A stretch of 64,000 nucleotides of DNA from an uncultured candidatus Brocadiaceae bacterium (GTDB lineage Bacteria; Planctomycetota; UBA11346), in the NCBI GenBank assembly GCA_964612995.1, contig CAZTGE010000001.1:15985-79984 (forward strand), read 5' to 3'. Both the position numbers and the translations under genes were made by a program. How positions within the stretch are numbered: the first letter of the stretch is position 1; every line of letters starts with the position of its first letter. This document shows positions 11,043 through 20,144 of the stretch, one piece after another. The notes under the pieces are model-generated. The model was not told where the DNA came from. It did not search any database and saw nothing but the letters and a program-made list of their open reading frames with translations.

Positions 11043-12590
11043 TCAGCTCTCGCGCGGATTGTCGATATCGGCGTCCGCGCGCACCCGGGTGGTCTTGATC
11101 GTCATGTGTGCAAACGCAAACACGAGCTGGGCGAAGATGGCGAAACAACCGGCGAAGGAGATCAGCACGATCGCGACGTCGGCCGTAAACGCATCGATTC
11201 CGACCGCGAGCCCGTCATCGGGCAGGTACACCGGCGCGATCAGCGGATTGAAGGCGTTGAGCACGCCGAAACTGTCCTCGAAGGCCAACGCGGGGATGCT
11301 GGTGATCAGGGCCAGCGCGATGATCGTCGGCAACAACGCGCTGCGCCGCATGCCCGGCGTCTGGATCCAGCCACTGAACGGCCCGCGGCACAACCGATCT
11401 ACGGACACCAGGATGGTCATGCCGTAGGCGATCATCAGCCAGGCGCTGAGCATCAGCTCGGACCAGTCGTCATCCGTTCTGAAGAAGATGGCGACCGCAC
11501 CGACGCCGAGGCTGGCCGCCAGCAACAACAGCGCGGCGAGCGTACCGCGGGCCGCACCGGGGCCGAGGAACCAGGCGGTGGCCTTGCGCCAACCCCGAGC
11601 CTCGCGGATCCAACGCGCCTGGCGTGGCGAGAGCGGGTAGTCCTCGGTACAGGCGAAGGCGGCCAACAGCAACCCCCAGACCGTGCCGAACACAGCGTAG
11701 ACGGCGAACATCTGCGTCACCTCCCGCGCGCGCATATCCGCTAGCGCGATCAGGCCGATGCACCACGCCAGTCCGTTGCACCACACCAGCATCCACACCA
11801 GACGGGGCATGGTCGATCGGTTGTCGGCGCGGAAGGTCAGCTGAGCCGCGCTGAGGCTGAGCAACACTACCACCGCGGCCAGCCACAGGTTGGTCATGAA
11901 GCCGAGGGCGGCGATCACCCCCCAGGGCTCGACCGCGAAGCCGCGGGCCAGACCGCGCGAGACTTCCTCGAGCCCCTCGAGCCACAGCGGCCAGCCCAGG
12001 GACCACACACCGAGTACGCACAGCAGCAGGATCAGGTTGAGCCCACCGCGTCCGCTCTTGTTCGTCTGTACCGTGCCGAGAAAGACCGCGAAACAGGACA
12101 GGGCAATCCCGCCGGCGGCGAGGAGGACCAGCGCCATCAGGATCGAGAGCAGGTCGATGCCCTTGAGCAGATAGGCCATGACCAGGAAGGGGGCGACGGC
12201 GGAGAAATACAGCATGCCCTGGACCAGGCCGGCGAGCAGATAGCCGCGCAGCAACCGGCCCGGACGCATCCCGGTCAGGTCGAGCAGGTCCCAGGTGTTC
12301 TCGTCGCGCTCGCGGATCATGCTCATGTACACGCCCATCGGCTGGATCACCCACAGCGCGAAGCCGAGCACGCCGCAGAGCACGGCGAGCAGGTCGGCTC
12401 CGGCATCCTGCTCGCCGATGGCGATGGTGGCCACGAGCATCGATGCCACTCCCGCGAACAGCAGCAGGATGTTGAACACCACCAGGAAGGTGCGGTTGCG
12501 CAGTTCCTGGCGCACATAGCGGACCAACAAGGGGTTGGCACGATCAGCAAGCCACGGCAACAGCGCAGCGGTACGGGCGAGCGCCTTCAC
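11043..12590 (-). CDS. ABC-2-type transporter permease, unusually large (516 aa, at least 10 predicted TM helices)
   Basis: Inside the 839-aa track ORF, GTG at 12590 overlaps the TGA of the upstream ATPase (GTGA). The product is hydrophobic throughout, with repeated TM segments. The upstream portion of the track ORF is the antisense frame of the ATPase gene. Confidence 0.7.
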   Translation of the reverse strand: MKALARTAALLPWLADRANPLLVRYVRQELRNRTFLVVFNILLLFAGVASMLVATIAIGEQDAGADLLAVLCGVLGFALWVIQPMGVYMSMIRERDENTWDLLDLTGMRPGRLLRGYLLAGLVQGMLYFSAVAPFLVMAYLLKGIDLLSILMALVLLAAGGIALSCFAVFLGTVQTNKSGRGGLNLILLLCVLGVWSLGWPLWLEGLEEVSRGLARGFAVEPWGVIAALGFMTNLWLAAVVVLLSLSAAQLTFRADNRSTMPRLVWMLVWCNGLAWCIGLIALADMRAREVTQMFAVYAVFGTVWGLLLAAFACTEDYPLSPRQARWIREARGWRKATAWFLGPGAARGTLAALLLLAASLGVGAVAIFFRTDDDWSELMLSAWLMIAYGMTILVSVDRLCRGPFSGWIQTPGMRRSALLPTIIALALITSIPALAFEDSFGVLNAFNPLIAPVYLPDDGLAVGIDAFTADVAIVLISFAGCFAIFAQLVFAFAHMTIKTTRVRADADIDNPRES

Positions 12591-13555
12591 TGGACCTTCC
12601 CTTCGGTCAGATGCATGAACACGTCCTCGAGATTGTCGTCGCGGGTGGCGAAGTGGCAGACCGCGAGTTCGGCCGCCAGCAGGCGGCGCAGCAAGGCGGC
12701 GAGCTCGGCGTCGCCGCCGTGGTAGCGCAGCGCGATCTGCGTCTGATCGATACGGATTTCGCTGCACCCCGGCTGCTCGGCGAGGATGGCTTCGGCGCGC
12801 GGGTGCTCTTCGGCCAGGCGCAGCTCGAGCACGTGGCCGTCGCCGTCGCCGGCGGCTACCTGTTGCTGTTTCTTCTCGCGCAGCTGCTGCTTGATCTGCT
12901 TGACCTTGCCCTCGGCCACGATCCGCCCCTGCTCGATGATCGCGACTCCGTCGCACAGCGTCTCGAGCTCGGCGAGGATGTGCGAGGAGACGAACACCGC
13001 CCGGCCCTGCTGCGCAAGCACGCGCAACAGATCGCGGAACTCGATCCGCGCCCGGGGATCGAGCCCCGCGGCCGGTTCGTCGAGGATCAGCACCTGCGGG
13101 TCGTGGATGATGCAGCGCCCGAGGCACAGCCGCTGCTTCATGCCCTTCGACAGCCCGGTGACCGCCTTCTCGCGCAGGCCTTCGAGCTGGCAGAACTCCA
13201 TCACTTCGGCGACCGCCCGGCGGCGCGCGGCCGGAGCCAGACCGTGGGCGCGGGCGAAGAAATCGAGGTACTCGAACACCGTCATGTGGGGGTAGGCACC
13301 GTAATAATCGGGCATGTAGCCGATCATTCGCCGCACCGCGTCGGCGTCGTCCACCGTGCTGCGTCCGTTGACGCGGCAATCGCCAGCGCTGGGCAGGTCG
13401 AGGGTGGCGAGGATGCGCATGGTGGTCGACTTGCCGGCACCGTTGGGGCCGATGAAGCCGTAGATCTCGCCGGCCTCGATGCCGAAGCTGACGTCGTCGA
13501 CCGCGCGGATCGCGCCGAACCGGCGTTCGAGATGATCGACCTCGACCAGGCTCAC
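12587..13555 (-). CDS. ABC transporter ATP-binding protein
   Basis: Walker A GPNGAGKST, signature LSKGMKQRL, Walker B ILILDEPAAGLD, H-loop SSHIL. The start is placed at the GTG giving VSLVEVDHLERRFG (the typical N-terminus), which overlaps the stop of the upstream gene. Confidence 0.85.
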   Translation of the reverse strand: MSLVEVDHLERRFGAIRAVDDVSFGIEAGEIYGFIGPNGAGKSTTMRILATLDLPSAGDCRVNGRSTVDDADAVRRMIGYMPDYYGAYPHMTVFEYLDFFARAHGLAPAARRRAVAEVMEFCQLEGLREKAVTGLSKGMKQRLCLGRCIIHDPQVLILDEPAAGLDPRARIEFRDLLRVLAQQGRAVFVSSHILAELETLCDGVAIIEQGRIVAEGKVKQIKQQLREKKQQQVAAGDGDGHVLELRLAEEHPRAEAILAEQPGCSEIRIDQTQIALRYHGGDAELAALLRRLLAAELAVCHFATRDDNLEDVFMHLTEGKVQ

Positions 13556-15198
13556 GATGCACCTCCGATCGCCACCAGGGGCCCAGCGAGCAGATGGCGA
13601 CCGCTGGTCACGGTCTCGCCCGCCGGTCCGGGGATGTCGGCCAGCGGGCTGGCGAGCACCGCCTGGAAGAAACCGGGCTTGTTCGCCGCGCGTTGCCACG
13701 AGGCGGCGGCGCCGGGCCCGAGCCGTGCCGCACCGCCGAGCGGTCGCGGCTCGCGCGACAACGCGACCAGCTCGATGCTCGCGCCCGGTTCCACCGCGTC
13801 GCAGGCCCAGTGGCGGCCCTTAGGATCGACGTAGTGGAGCTGCTCGATCCGCGTCCCGAGGCCATTGAGCAGCGTATAGCCTCTGGCACCGGCGCTGAGC
13901 TGCAGCCGTTCGCGCGCGGCCTCGACGGTGACGTAGTGCAGACGGGCGCTGCGCCGGGTCGGCACCAGCTGCCCGCTCAACTGCTGGGACCCGTCCCAGT
14001 CGATACGCCAGCTTCTGCCGTCGTGACCGTAGCGATGGCGACGGCGGTCATCGAAGGTGCCCGGGTCGCCCGGCAGCACCGCGGTATCGAGTCCGACCGC
14101 GACCTGGCTGTGTCCGAAGGGGGCATAGTAGCTGATCCCGGTCCAGCGGACCGCACGATGTGCCGGGGCATCGAGCCAGGTGTAGGAATCGACCGTGCGC
14201 CGGGTGTGCAGCCCCTCGGAGAACAGGTTGAACACCACCAGGGCGATGCAGGTGATCAAACTGATCACCGGAATCGAGACCAACAACAGATGCCGCGCCG
14301 CGCGACGCCAGAGCAGGTACCAGAAATTCACCGGTCCGATGAGCACGATGAAGGCGAGGGCGAGAAGGATGAAACCGCCGACCGGCACCTCGCCGACGCC
14401 GGGGATCTCGATATCGCTCGCCGAATGGCGCCGGATGGTCTGTGCCGTCTGGTTGCAGGCGCGTACCCCCTCGTGGTTGGCCCCGGACCAGCTGAGGCGA
14501 CAGACCGGGATCCCGGCGCGACTCCAGGCGTCGTCCGGAGCGGTGGTGGAGGACGGACCGAAAACCGCCAGGGTCCCGCCAGCGCGGACCCAATCGCCGA
14601 GGGCCTGGCGCTGCGCTGCGCTCAGCCGCTCGCTCATCTGCTCGCCGATCACCACCACCATCCACGGCGGAAAACCCTGCCAGCGGTCGGGCAGGTCACC
14701 CGCCTCGAACTGCAACACCCGATCGCGTGCGCTGCTCCGGCCTCGACCCCAGTAGCGACGGTCGATCAACTGGGCCAGCCTGTCGCGCTGGTCCATGTCG
14801 AGCTGACCGACGAAGACGATGTCGGCGCCAGCACCGCTCGCGGTCAGATGACTCGAGCCCCGGAGCCCGGAAGCGCTGCGCCAGCTCAGCGTGACCGGCC
14901 AGAATTCTTCCATCCCCGGCGGCAGCAGCAGCGTGCGCTGATGACTGCCCGCCGGCAGATCCCACTTCGCGCTGGCGCCGCTGAAGCGCGACGTAGCCCG
15001 CACCGTGAGCTCCAGCGGCACGGCGCTGTGGATGCGCACCATCACCGGCGTGTAGCCGACCGGATCGATCCAGAGCATCCGACCTTCGATCTGCGGCCCC
15101 TGGACCTGTGGACCGGAGACCGCGGCCACAAGCTGACCCAAGCAGACAGACGACAGCAACAGCAGGCGCAGAAGCGCGGCGAGCGGCGCGGGGCTCAT
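13552..15198 (-). CDS. ABC transporter-associated membrane protein, possibly a GldG-like auxiliary component: signal peptide, about 270-aa extracytoplasmic domain, 2 TM helices, about 215-aa C-domain
   Basis: ATG at 15198 (MSPAPLAALLRLLLLSSVCLG) overlaps the moxR stop (ATGA). TM pair GGFILLALAFIVLIGPVNFWYLLW and LLLVSIPVISLITCIALVVF. The family assignment is inference from gene context (ABC ATPase and ABC-2 permease immediately downstream). Confidence 0.55.
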   Translation of the reverse strand: MSPAPLAALLRLLLLSSVCLGQLVAAVSGPQVQGPQIEGRMLWIDPVGYTPVMVRIHSAVPLELTVRATSRFSGASAKWDLPAGSHQRTLLLPPGMEEFWPVTLSWRSASGLRGSSHLTASGAGADIVFVGQLDMDQRDRLAQLIDRRYWGRGRSSARDRVLQFEAGDLPDRWQGFPPWMVVVIGEQMSERLSAAQRQALGDWVRAGGTLAVFGPSSTTAPDDAWSRAGIPVCRLSWSGANHEGVRACNQTAQTIRRHSASDIEIPGVGEVPVGGFILLALAFIVLIGPVNFWYLLWRRAARHLLLVSIPVISLITCIALVVFNLFSEGLHTRRTVDSYTWLDAPAHRAVRWTGISYYAPFGHSQVAVGLDTAVLPGDPGTFDDRRRHRYGHDGRSWRIDWDGSQQLSGQLVPTRRSARLHYVTVEAARERLQLSAGARGYTLLNGLGTRIEQLHYVDPKGRHWACDAVEPGASIELVALSREPRPLGGAARLGPGAAASWQRAANKPGFFQAVLASPLADIPGPAGETVTSGRHLLAGPLVAIGGAS

Positions 15199-16199
15199 AC
15201 CGCGAGCTCGGGGGTTTCGGCGATCAGGGTCCGGACCACGGCCGCCGCGTCGAGATCCTCGAGCCCGGCCTCGTAGCCGAGTACCAGGCGATGGGCCAGG
15301 GTCGGCACCGCCACCGCGCGTACGTCCTCGAAGCCGACCGCCGGCCGGCCAGCGAGCAGCGCCGCAGCCCGGGCGCAAGCGGCGAGGGTCAGCGCCGCGC
15401 GCGGGCTCGCGCCCCAGCGGACGTAACGGCGCACGCACTCCGGGCTGGTCTCGCGATCGGGACGGGTGGCGTCGACGAGGTGGGCGAGGTAGCGCCCCAC
15501 CGCCTCGGGCAGGGCGACCCGACGCACGGCCGCGAGCAGCTCGGCGAGTCCGGCGGCATCGGTGACCGGCTCGGGGACCGGCGCCACCCCGCTCTGACGC
15601 TGCAACACGATCTGCGCCAGCACCGAACGCTCGACGCCGGCGACCGTGACCTTCATCGCGAAACGGTCCAGCTGGGCTTCGGGCAGCGGATAGGTCCCAT
15701 CGAGCTCGATCGGGTTCTGGGTCGCGAGGACGAAGAAGGGCTCGGGCAGGCGATGGGTGGTCTCGAGCACGGTGACGCTGTGTTCCTGCATCGCCTCGAG
15801 CAGCGCCGACTGGGTCTTGGGGCTCGCGCGGTTGATCTCGTCGGCGAGCACGATCTGGGCGAAGACCGGCCCGGGGCGGAAGACCTGTTCGCGTCCGCCG
15901 TCGGGGGTCTGCTGCAACACATGGGTCCCGGTGATGTCGCCCGGCAGCAAGTCGGGGGTGAACTGGATGCGCTTGTAGTCGCAACCGCACAGGGACCCCA
16001 GAGCCTTGACCAGCTCGGTCTTGCCCAGGCCCGGCAGCCCTTCGAGCAACACGTGGCCGCCGGCGAGCATCCCGGTCAGGGTCAGGCGGGTCATCGCCTC
16101 CTGACCGAGGAGGACCTGATCCATCCCCGCGAGGATCGCGCGCGCACGCGTGCGGCAGGTCTCGACCTCGGTTTCACTGATCATCGGCATCTGCGTCAT
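15195..16199 (-). CDS. MoxR-family AAA+ ATPase
   Basis: Walker A GLPGLGKT, Walker B VLADEINRASPKTQSALLEAMQE, and the typical MoxR C-terminal helical domain. Start at MTQMPMISETE (ATG 16199) after the RBS-like GGATGA. Confidence 0.9.
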   Translation of the reverse strand: MTQMPMISETEVETCRTRARAILAGMDQVLLGQEAMTRLTLTGMLAGGHVLLEGLPGLGKTELVKALGSLCGCDYKRIQFTPDLLPGDITGTHVLQQTPDGGREQVFRPGPVFAQIVLADEINRASPKTQSALLEAMQEHSVTVLETTHRLPEPFFVLATQNPIELDGTYPLPEAQLDRFAMKVTVAGVERSVLAQIVLQRQSGVAPVPEPVTDAAGLAELLAAVRRVALPEAVGRYLAHLVDATRPDRETSPECVRRYVRWGASPRAALTLAACARAAALLAGRPAVGFEDVRAVAVPTLAHRLVLGYEAGLEDLDAAAVVRTLIAETPELAV

Positions 16200-17589
16200 C
16201 CTGTTCGCTGGCGAAGTAGCGTTGCACCGCGGCGCGGTGGCGTGGAGCGATCCGGGCCCGACGCGCATCGGCCGCTCCAGGCCCGATGTCACGCAGGCGC
16301 GCGCGTTGCAGCGCGCGGTTGGCGGCGTCGTCGAGCTCGGGCGCCCGCCGGCTCTCGGCCAGGGTCACCGAGCCGTCGGAGTTGATGCGGGCGCCGGCCG
16401 GCAGGCCTTCCAGCTCGCCGGGTTCGGTCTCCTGCTGCTGGTGGGTCAGTTCGAGCGCGGCGGCGCCGGGCCCGCGGGCGATGCCACCGCGACCCGGCTG
16501 CCCGCCAAGGCGCTGGAGCAGACGTGCGAAATCATCGCCGCGACCGAGGCCCGAGCGTTCGCCCGCAGCCGCGAGCGCGGCGCCGAGCCGTTGTGCCAGG
16601 GCCTGTTCGGCCGCCGGATCGCGCGCGCCTTGCCTCCCGCGATCGCCCTGGCCTGCGCCTGGCAGCAACCCGCGTTCGCGCAGGCGATCCAGCGCCTCGT
16701 CATCGAGCATTCCTTGCGCCGCCGCGGCGTCGAGCACGCGCGCGAGCTCGGCGTGGCCCGGCTGACCCTGTTGCGGCAGCAGACCCGGCGCCTGCCTGGC
16801 CAGCCTGGTCAGTGCCTGCGCCAGCGCCGCTGACTCGCGTTCGCGCGCAGCCGGATCGGCAGTGGCGGTGCGCCGTGCCTGCGCCAGAGCCTCAGCCAGC
16901 CGCTGCGTGCTGCGGCGCTGTTCGGCGCCGAGGCCGGCCGCGAGACGGTCCAGTCCTTCCCACACCGCCTGATCCATGCCACGCTCGTTCGCGGCCGTGG
17001 CGATCGACTCGAGCTGCTCCAACAGCTCCTGCTTGCGTTCCTGGCTCAGCACCCCCTCCTCGGCCATCTGCTCGAGCAGCTCCCGTGGCTGTGCGAGCAG
17101 TTGATCAACCCGCCCTGCGGACGAGCTGCCGGGATCGCGCTGGGGCAGCGCCACGGCGATCAGCACCGCGAGCACGGCGACCAGCACGCGGCCGCTACCG
17201 CTCCAGTCTAAGGGCGGCAGCCGGACCCGATCGAGACAAGGGCGCAGGCGTTGCAGCCAGCCCGGATCGCGCGCTGCGGGCTCCTCGTCGGCCAGGGCCA
17301 TCGCCAGACCGCGCGACTGCGCGAGTCGATCCAACCGCGCCGCCGTGATCGCATGCGGCTCCGGAGGACCGTACCACCGGCGTGACAGCAGAATCGGCGC
17401 CACCAGTCCGACCACGGGCAGCCACACCACAGTCGACGACCATCCGGGCAATGCGAGACGGATGCACACTTGCACCAGCGCGACCGCACCGAGCGACAAC
17501 GCCCAGGCCGTCAGCAACCGCCCGAGACAGCGCTGCAGCCGCTGGCGGCGATCGACCGCGCACATGAGTTGTTCGAGCCGCTGAGCCAT
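16174..17589 (-). CDS. membrane protein (three N-terminal TM helices plus a long Ala/Arg/Gln/Leu-rich predicted helical region); first gene of the operon
   Basis: ORF 16174-17589, with hydrophobic segments in the first 150 aa. Its 3' end overlaps the moxR start by 26 nt, consistent with translational coupling. No family recognised by eye. A DUF4129/DUF4350-type MoxR partner is a possibility only. Confidence 0.5.
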   Translation of the reverse strand: MAQRLEQLMCAVDRRQRLQRCLGRLLTAWALSLGAVALVQVCIRLALPGWSSTVVWLPVVGLVAPILLSRRWYGPPEPHAITAARLDRLAQSRGLAMALADEEPAARDPGWLQRLRPCLDRVRLPPLDWSGSGRVLVAVLAVLIAVALPQRDPGSSSAGRVDQLLAQPRELLEQMAEEGVLSQERKQELLEQLESIATAANERGMDQAVWEGLDRLAAGLGAEQRRSTQRLAEALAQARRTATADPAARERESAALAQALTRLARQAPGLLPQQGQPGHAELARVLDAAAAQGMLDDEALDRLRERGLLPGAGQGDRGRQGARDPAAEQALAQRLGAALAAAGERSGLGRGDDFARLLQRLGGQPGRGGIARGPGAAALELTHQQQETEPGELEGLPAGARINSDGSVTLAESRRAPELDDAANRALQRARLRDIGPGAADARRARIAPRHRAAVQRYFASEQDDADADDQ

Positions 17590-17719
17590 TCTCGGATCCC
17601 ATCAGGTGCCGTACGGCGGCAGCATATACCACCGGGGACGTATGATCCAGGCACAGCCATCAGCGAGGGCTTCACCCCCGTCAATCGAAGGAGGTGCATC
17701 GCCAGCACGCGCTGCTATC

Positions 17720-18028
17720 ATGTGCCACATGGCTACGCGATCGACCTGCCTGCTCGTGGAAACCGAATTCCGCACCCTGCTCGAGGCCTTGCACGGCTAC
17801 CTGCTGCGTGATCGCTCTGCCGAGGATCCGGCAGCCTGCGAGGAGTGCGTACAGGGCCTCGATCGGCCTCAGTGCGAGGCACTCCATCGGCGCCTGCAGC
17901 GCTTGCATGCCGATTGTCGGTTGTTGTTGCAGGATATGCACACCCTGGAGGACGCGAGCGATACGCCGGCCAGCGATCCGGCGTTCGAACACGCCGGCGG
18001 GGCCTCTACTCCCCGAACTTCTCTTTGA
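17720..18028 (+). CDS. possible small Cys-rich hypothetical protein
   Basis: Starts at ATG 17720 inside ORF 17606-18028. It is convergent with the ACP-like gene and overlaps it by 23 nt. No recognisable family, and high GC makes chance ORFs likely. Confidence 0.2.
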   Translation: MCHMATRSTCLLVETEFRTLLEALHGYLLRDRSAEDPAACEECVQGLDRPQCEALHRRLQRLHADCRLLLQDMHTLEDASDTPASDPAFEHAGGASTPRTSL

Positions 18029-18287
18029 TCCGCCCGTCGATGAAGTCGATGGCCTCGCCGATGGTCTTCATACCCTCATCGCCGGGCAGGACCTCGTCGA
18101 AATTGATGCTGAAGGCGTCTTCGAGGTCCATGGTGATCTCGGCGATGTCGAGATGGTTGTCAGTGATCGCCGGGACCAGCTCCTGGTGCTCGTAGTCGTA
18201 ATCCGGATCTTCGCCCGGCAGAGGCAGGTTGTGCAGTTTGTTGCACAACAGCTCGATGACTTCTTCGGAAATCCGTTTGCGATCCAT
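18006..18287 (-). CDS. acyl carrier protein paralog lacking the phosphopantetheine-attachment serine (DNH-LDIAEI in place of DS-LDIAEI)
   Basis: Hand translation of the reverse complement gives PAITDNHLDIAEITMDLEDAFSINFDEV. Helix II (LDIAEIxMDLEDAF) is 14/15 identical to the acpP product at 19591-19839. The codon before L is CAT (His), which is not one substitution away from any Ser codon. ATG start, 93 aa. Confidence 0.7.
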   Translation of the reverse strand: MDRKRISEEVIELLCNKLHNLPLPGEDPDYDYEHQELVPAITDNHLDIAEITMDLEDAFSINFDEVLPGDEGMKTIGEAIDFIDGRIKEKFGE

Positions 18288-18347
18288 CGCCGGGTGCTCG
18301 ATATCGTTGCAGGGGGCGGGGGCGGCCGAAGCCGCGCAAGGCGCGGT

Positions 18348-19598
18348 TCAGCCGGTGAAGCGTTTGAATACCACGCAGGCGTTGTGCCCACCGAACCCCA
18401 GGTTGTTGGAGAGGCCGTAGTCGACTTGAAGCTCACGGGCCTCGTTGGGGATGTAATCCAGATCGCACTCCGGATCCGGGGTGGTGTAATTGGCGGTCGG
18501 CGGCAACACGCCATCGCGCAGGGCGCAGATGGTGGCGATGGCCTCGATCCCGCCAGCGGCACCGAGCGCATGCCCGGTCACGCCCTTGGTGCTGCTCACG
18601 GGCAGCGCGCGGGCGTGGTCGCCGAAGACCTTCTTGATGATCAGGGTCTCGGTCTTGTCATTCGGCGGGGTCGAGGTGCCGTGCGCGTTGAGATAACCGA
18701 GCTGCTCCGGCGCGATACCGGCGTCGGCCAGCGCGGCGCGCATGCAGGCTGCGCCCGAGATGCCCTCGGTGTCCGGCGCGGTCTCGTGGAAGGCATCGCC
18801 GTTGCAGGCGGCTCCGACCACTTCGCCGTAGATCGTGGCTCCGCGTTTGCGCGCATGCTCGAACTCCTCGAGCACCAGCACCCCCGCGCCCTCGGCCATG
18901 ACGAAGCCGTCACGGTCGCGGTCGAAGGGCCGACTGGCGGTCTCGGGCGAGTCGTTGCGCTTGGACAGTGCGCCGATGCTGTTGAAGCCGGCGAAGCCGA
19001 GATGGCTGATCGGGGCTTCGGCACCACCGCAGATCATCACGTCGCACTGGCCCGACCGGATATGGTTGAGCGCGGCGCCGATGGAGTGGGAACCGGTGGC
19101 GCAAGCGGTGGTGATACTGTAGTTGGGGCCCTTGGCGCCGTAGACGATCGAGATGTCGCCAGCAGCGCTGTCGACGATCATCTTGGGCACCAGGAAGGCG
19201 CTGACCCGGCGGGGGCCCTTTTCGACGAAGGCGGCGTGTTCCAGCTCGATGGTGCGCAGCCCGCCGATGCCGGAGCCGACCACCACCCCGATCCGGAACG
19301 GATCGGGGAGGGAGCCTTTCTCCAGCCCGGCCATGGCCATGGCCTCGGCTGCGGCCTTGATCGCCAGCAGGCTGTAACGGTCCTTGCGGCGCGCGCCACG
19401 TCGATCGCCGTCGGTCAGTTCGACGTCCTCGAGGTCGACCTCGCCGCAGAACTTGGTCGCGTGCTGTTCGGCATCGATCCGGGTGGTCGGGCCGATGCCC
19501 CCCCGCCCGGCGGTGGTCGCGGACCAGAAGGCATCGACACCGATGCCGTTGGCCGCGAGCACACCCATGCCGGTGACGACGACGCGTCGATCAGCCAT
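18348..19598 (-). CDS. fabF: beta-ketoacyl-[ACP] synthase II
   Basis: Full-length KAS II pattern: active-site TACATGSHSIG, catalytic His motifs NAHGTSTPPNDKTE and GVTGHALGAAGG, C-terminal NLGFGGHNACVVFK. Confidence 0.95.
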   Translation of the reverse strand: MADRRVVVTGMGVLAANGIGVDAFWSATTAGRGGIGPTTRIDAEQHATKFCGEVDLEDVELTDGDRRGARRKDRYSLLAIKAAAEAMAMAGLEKGSLPDPFRIGVVVGSGIGGLRTIELEHAAFVEKGPRRVSAFLVPKMIVDSAAGDISIVYGAKGPNYSITTACATGSHSIGAALNHIRSGQCDVMICGGAEAPISHLGFAGFNSIGALSKRNDSPETASRPFDRDRDGFVMAEGAGVLVLEEFEHARKRGATIYGEVVGAACNGDAFHETAPDTEGISGAACMRAALADAGIAPEQLGYLNAHGTSTPPNDKTETLIIKKVFGDHARALPVSSTKGVTGHALGAAGGIEAIATICALRDGVLPPTANYTTPDPECDLDYIPNEARELQVDYGLSNNLGFGGHNACVVFKRFTG

Positions 19599-19839
19599 TG
19601 CTCTCCGCGACCTTCTGCTCGATGAACTTGATGATGTCGCCGACGGTCTGGGGACCCTCAGCGTTGTCGTCCTCGAGCTTGACGCCGAAAGCGTCTTCCA
19701 GGTCCATCATGATCTCGGCGATGTCGAGCGAATCGGCACCGAGGTCGGCGATCACGTTGCTCTCCGGTTTGACCGCGTCCTTCTCTTTGTCGAGACGCTC
19801 GGCGATGATGTCGATGACCTTGTCTGCGATGTCGCTCAC
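19591..19839 (-). CDS. acpP: acyl carrier protein
   Basis: Canonical LGADSLDIAEIMMDLEDAFGV with the phosphopantetheine Ser. GTG start preceded by GGAGCAGCC. 82 aa. Confidence 0.9.
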   Translation of the reverse strand: MSDIADKVIDIIAERLDKEKDAVKPESNVIADLGADSLDIAEIMMDLEDAFGVKLEDDNAEGPQTVGDIIKFIEQKVAESNG

Positions 19840-20144
19840 GGCTGCTCCTGCCTTCCATCTGTCCGGTTGGAGGGCTGTCGGGAAATCGTCCGGACGGTGC
19901 CAGGGCAGCCGGGCGACAAACGCCGGGGCCGGACGGATTCCCAGGGTGAATGGAATATGGACAAGAAGCGGGATGATGAGCATCGTGCGGATGCCGTCAA
20001 GCGAAGACGCTTCCATCAGAGCCCCCGCCGGCCCTGCGGGCCGGCGACGAAGAGCCAGGAACTTGGCCGCCCCGGACGTTTGTCGCAATGACGCGACCCG
20101 GACCGTGAGCGTGTCGAATGAGCGAGATGGTGTGCGGAGTTCCT

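Noticed and set aside
11043-13562. Single 839-aa ORF treated as one gene
   Set aside because: Its upstream about 320 codons are an alternative frame of the ABC ATPase gene (12587-13555), which has complete Walker/signature motifs. The real permease starts at GTG 12590.
17694-19625. 643-aa plus-strand ORF over fabF and both ACP genes
   Set aside because: It is antisense to fabF, whose KAS II active-site motifs are all present on the minus strand.
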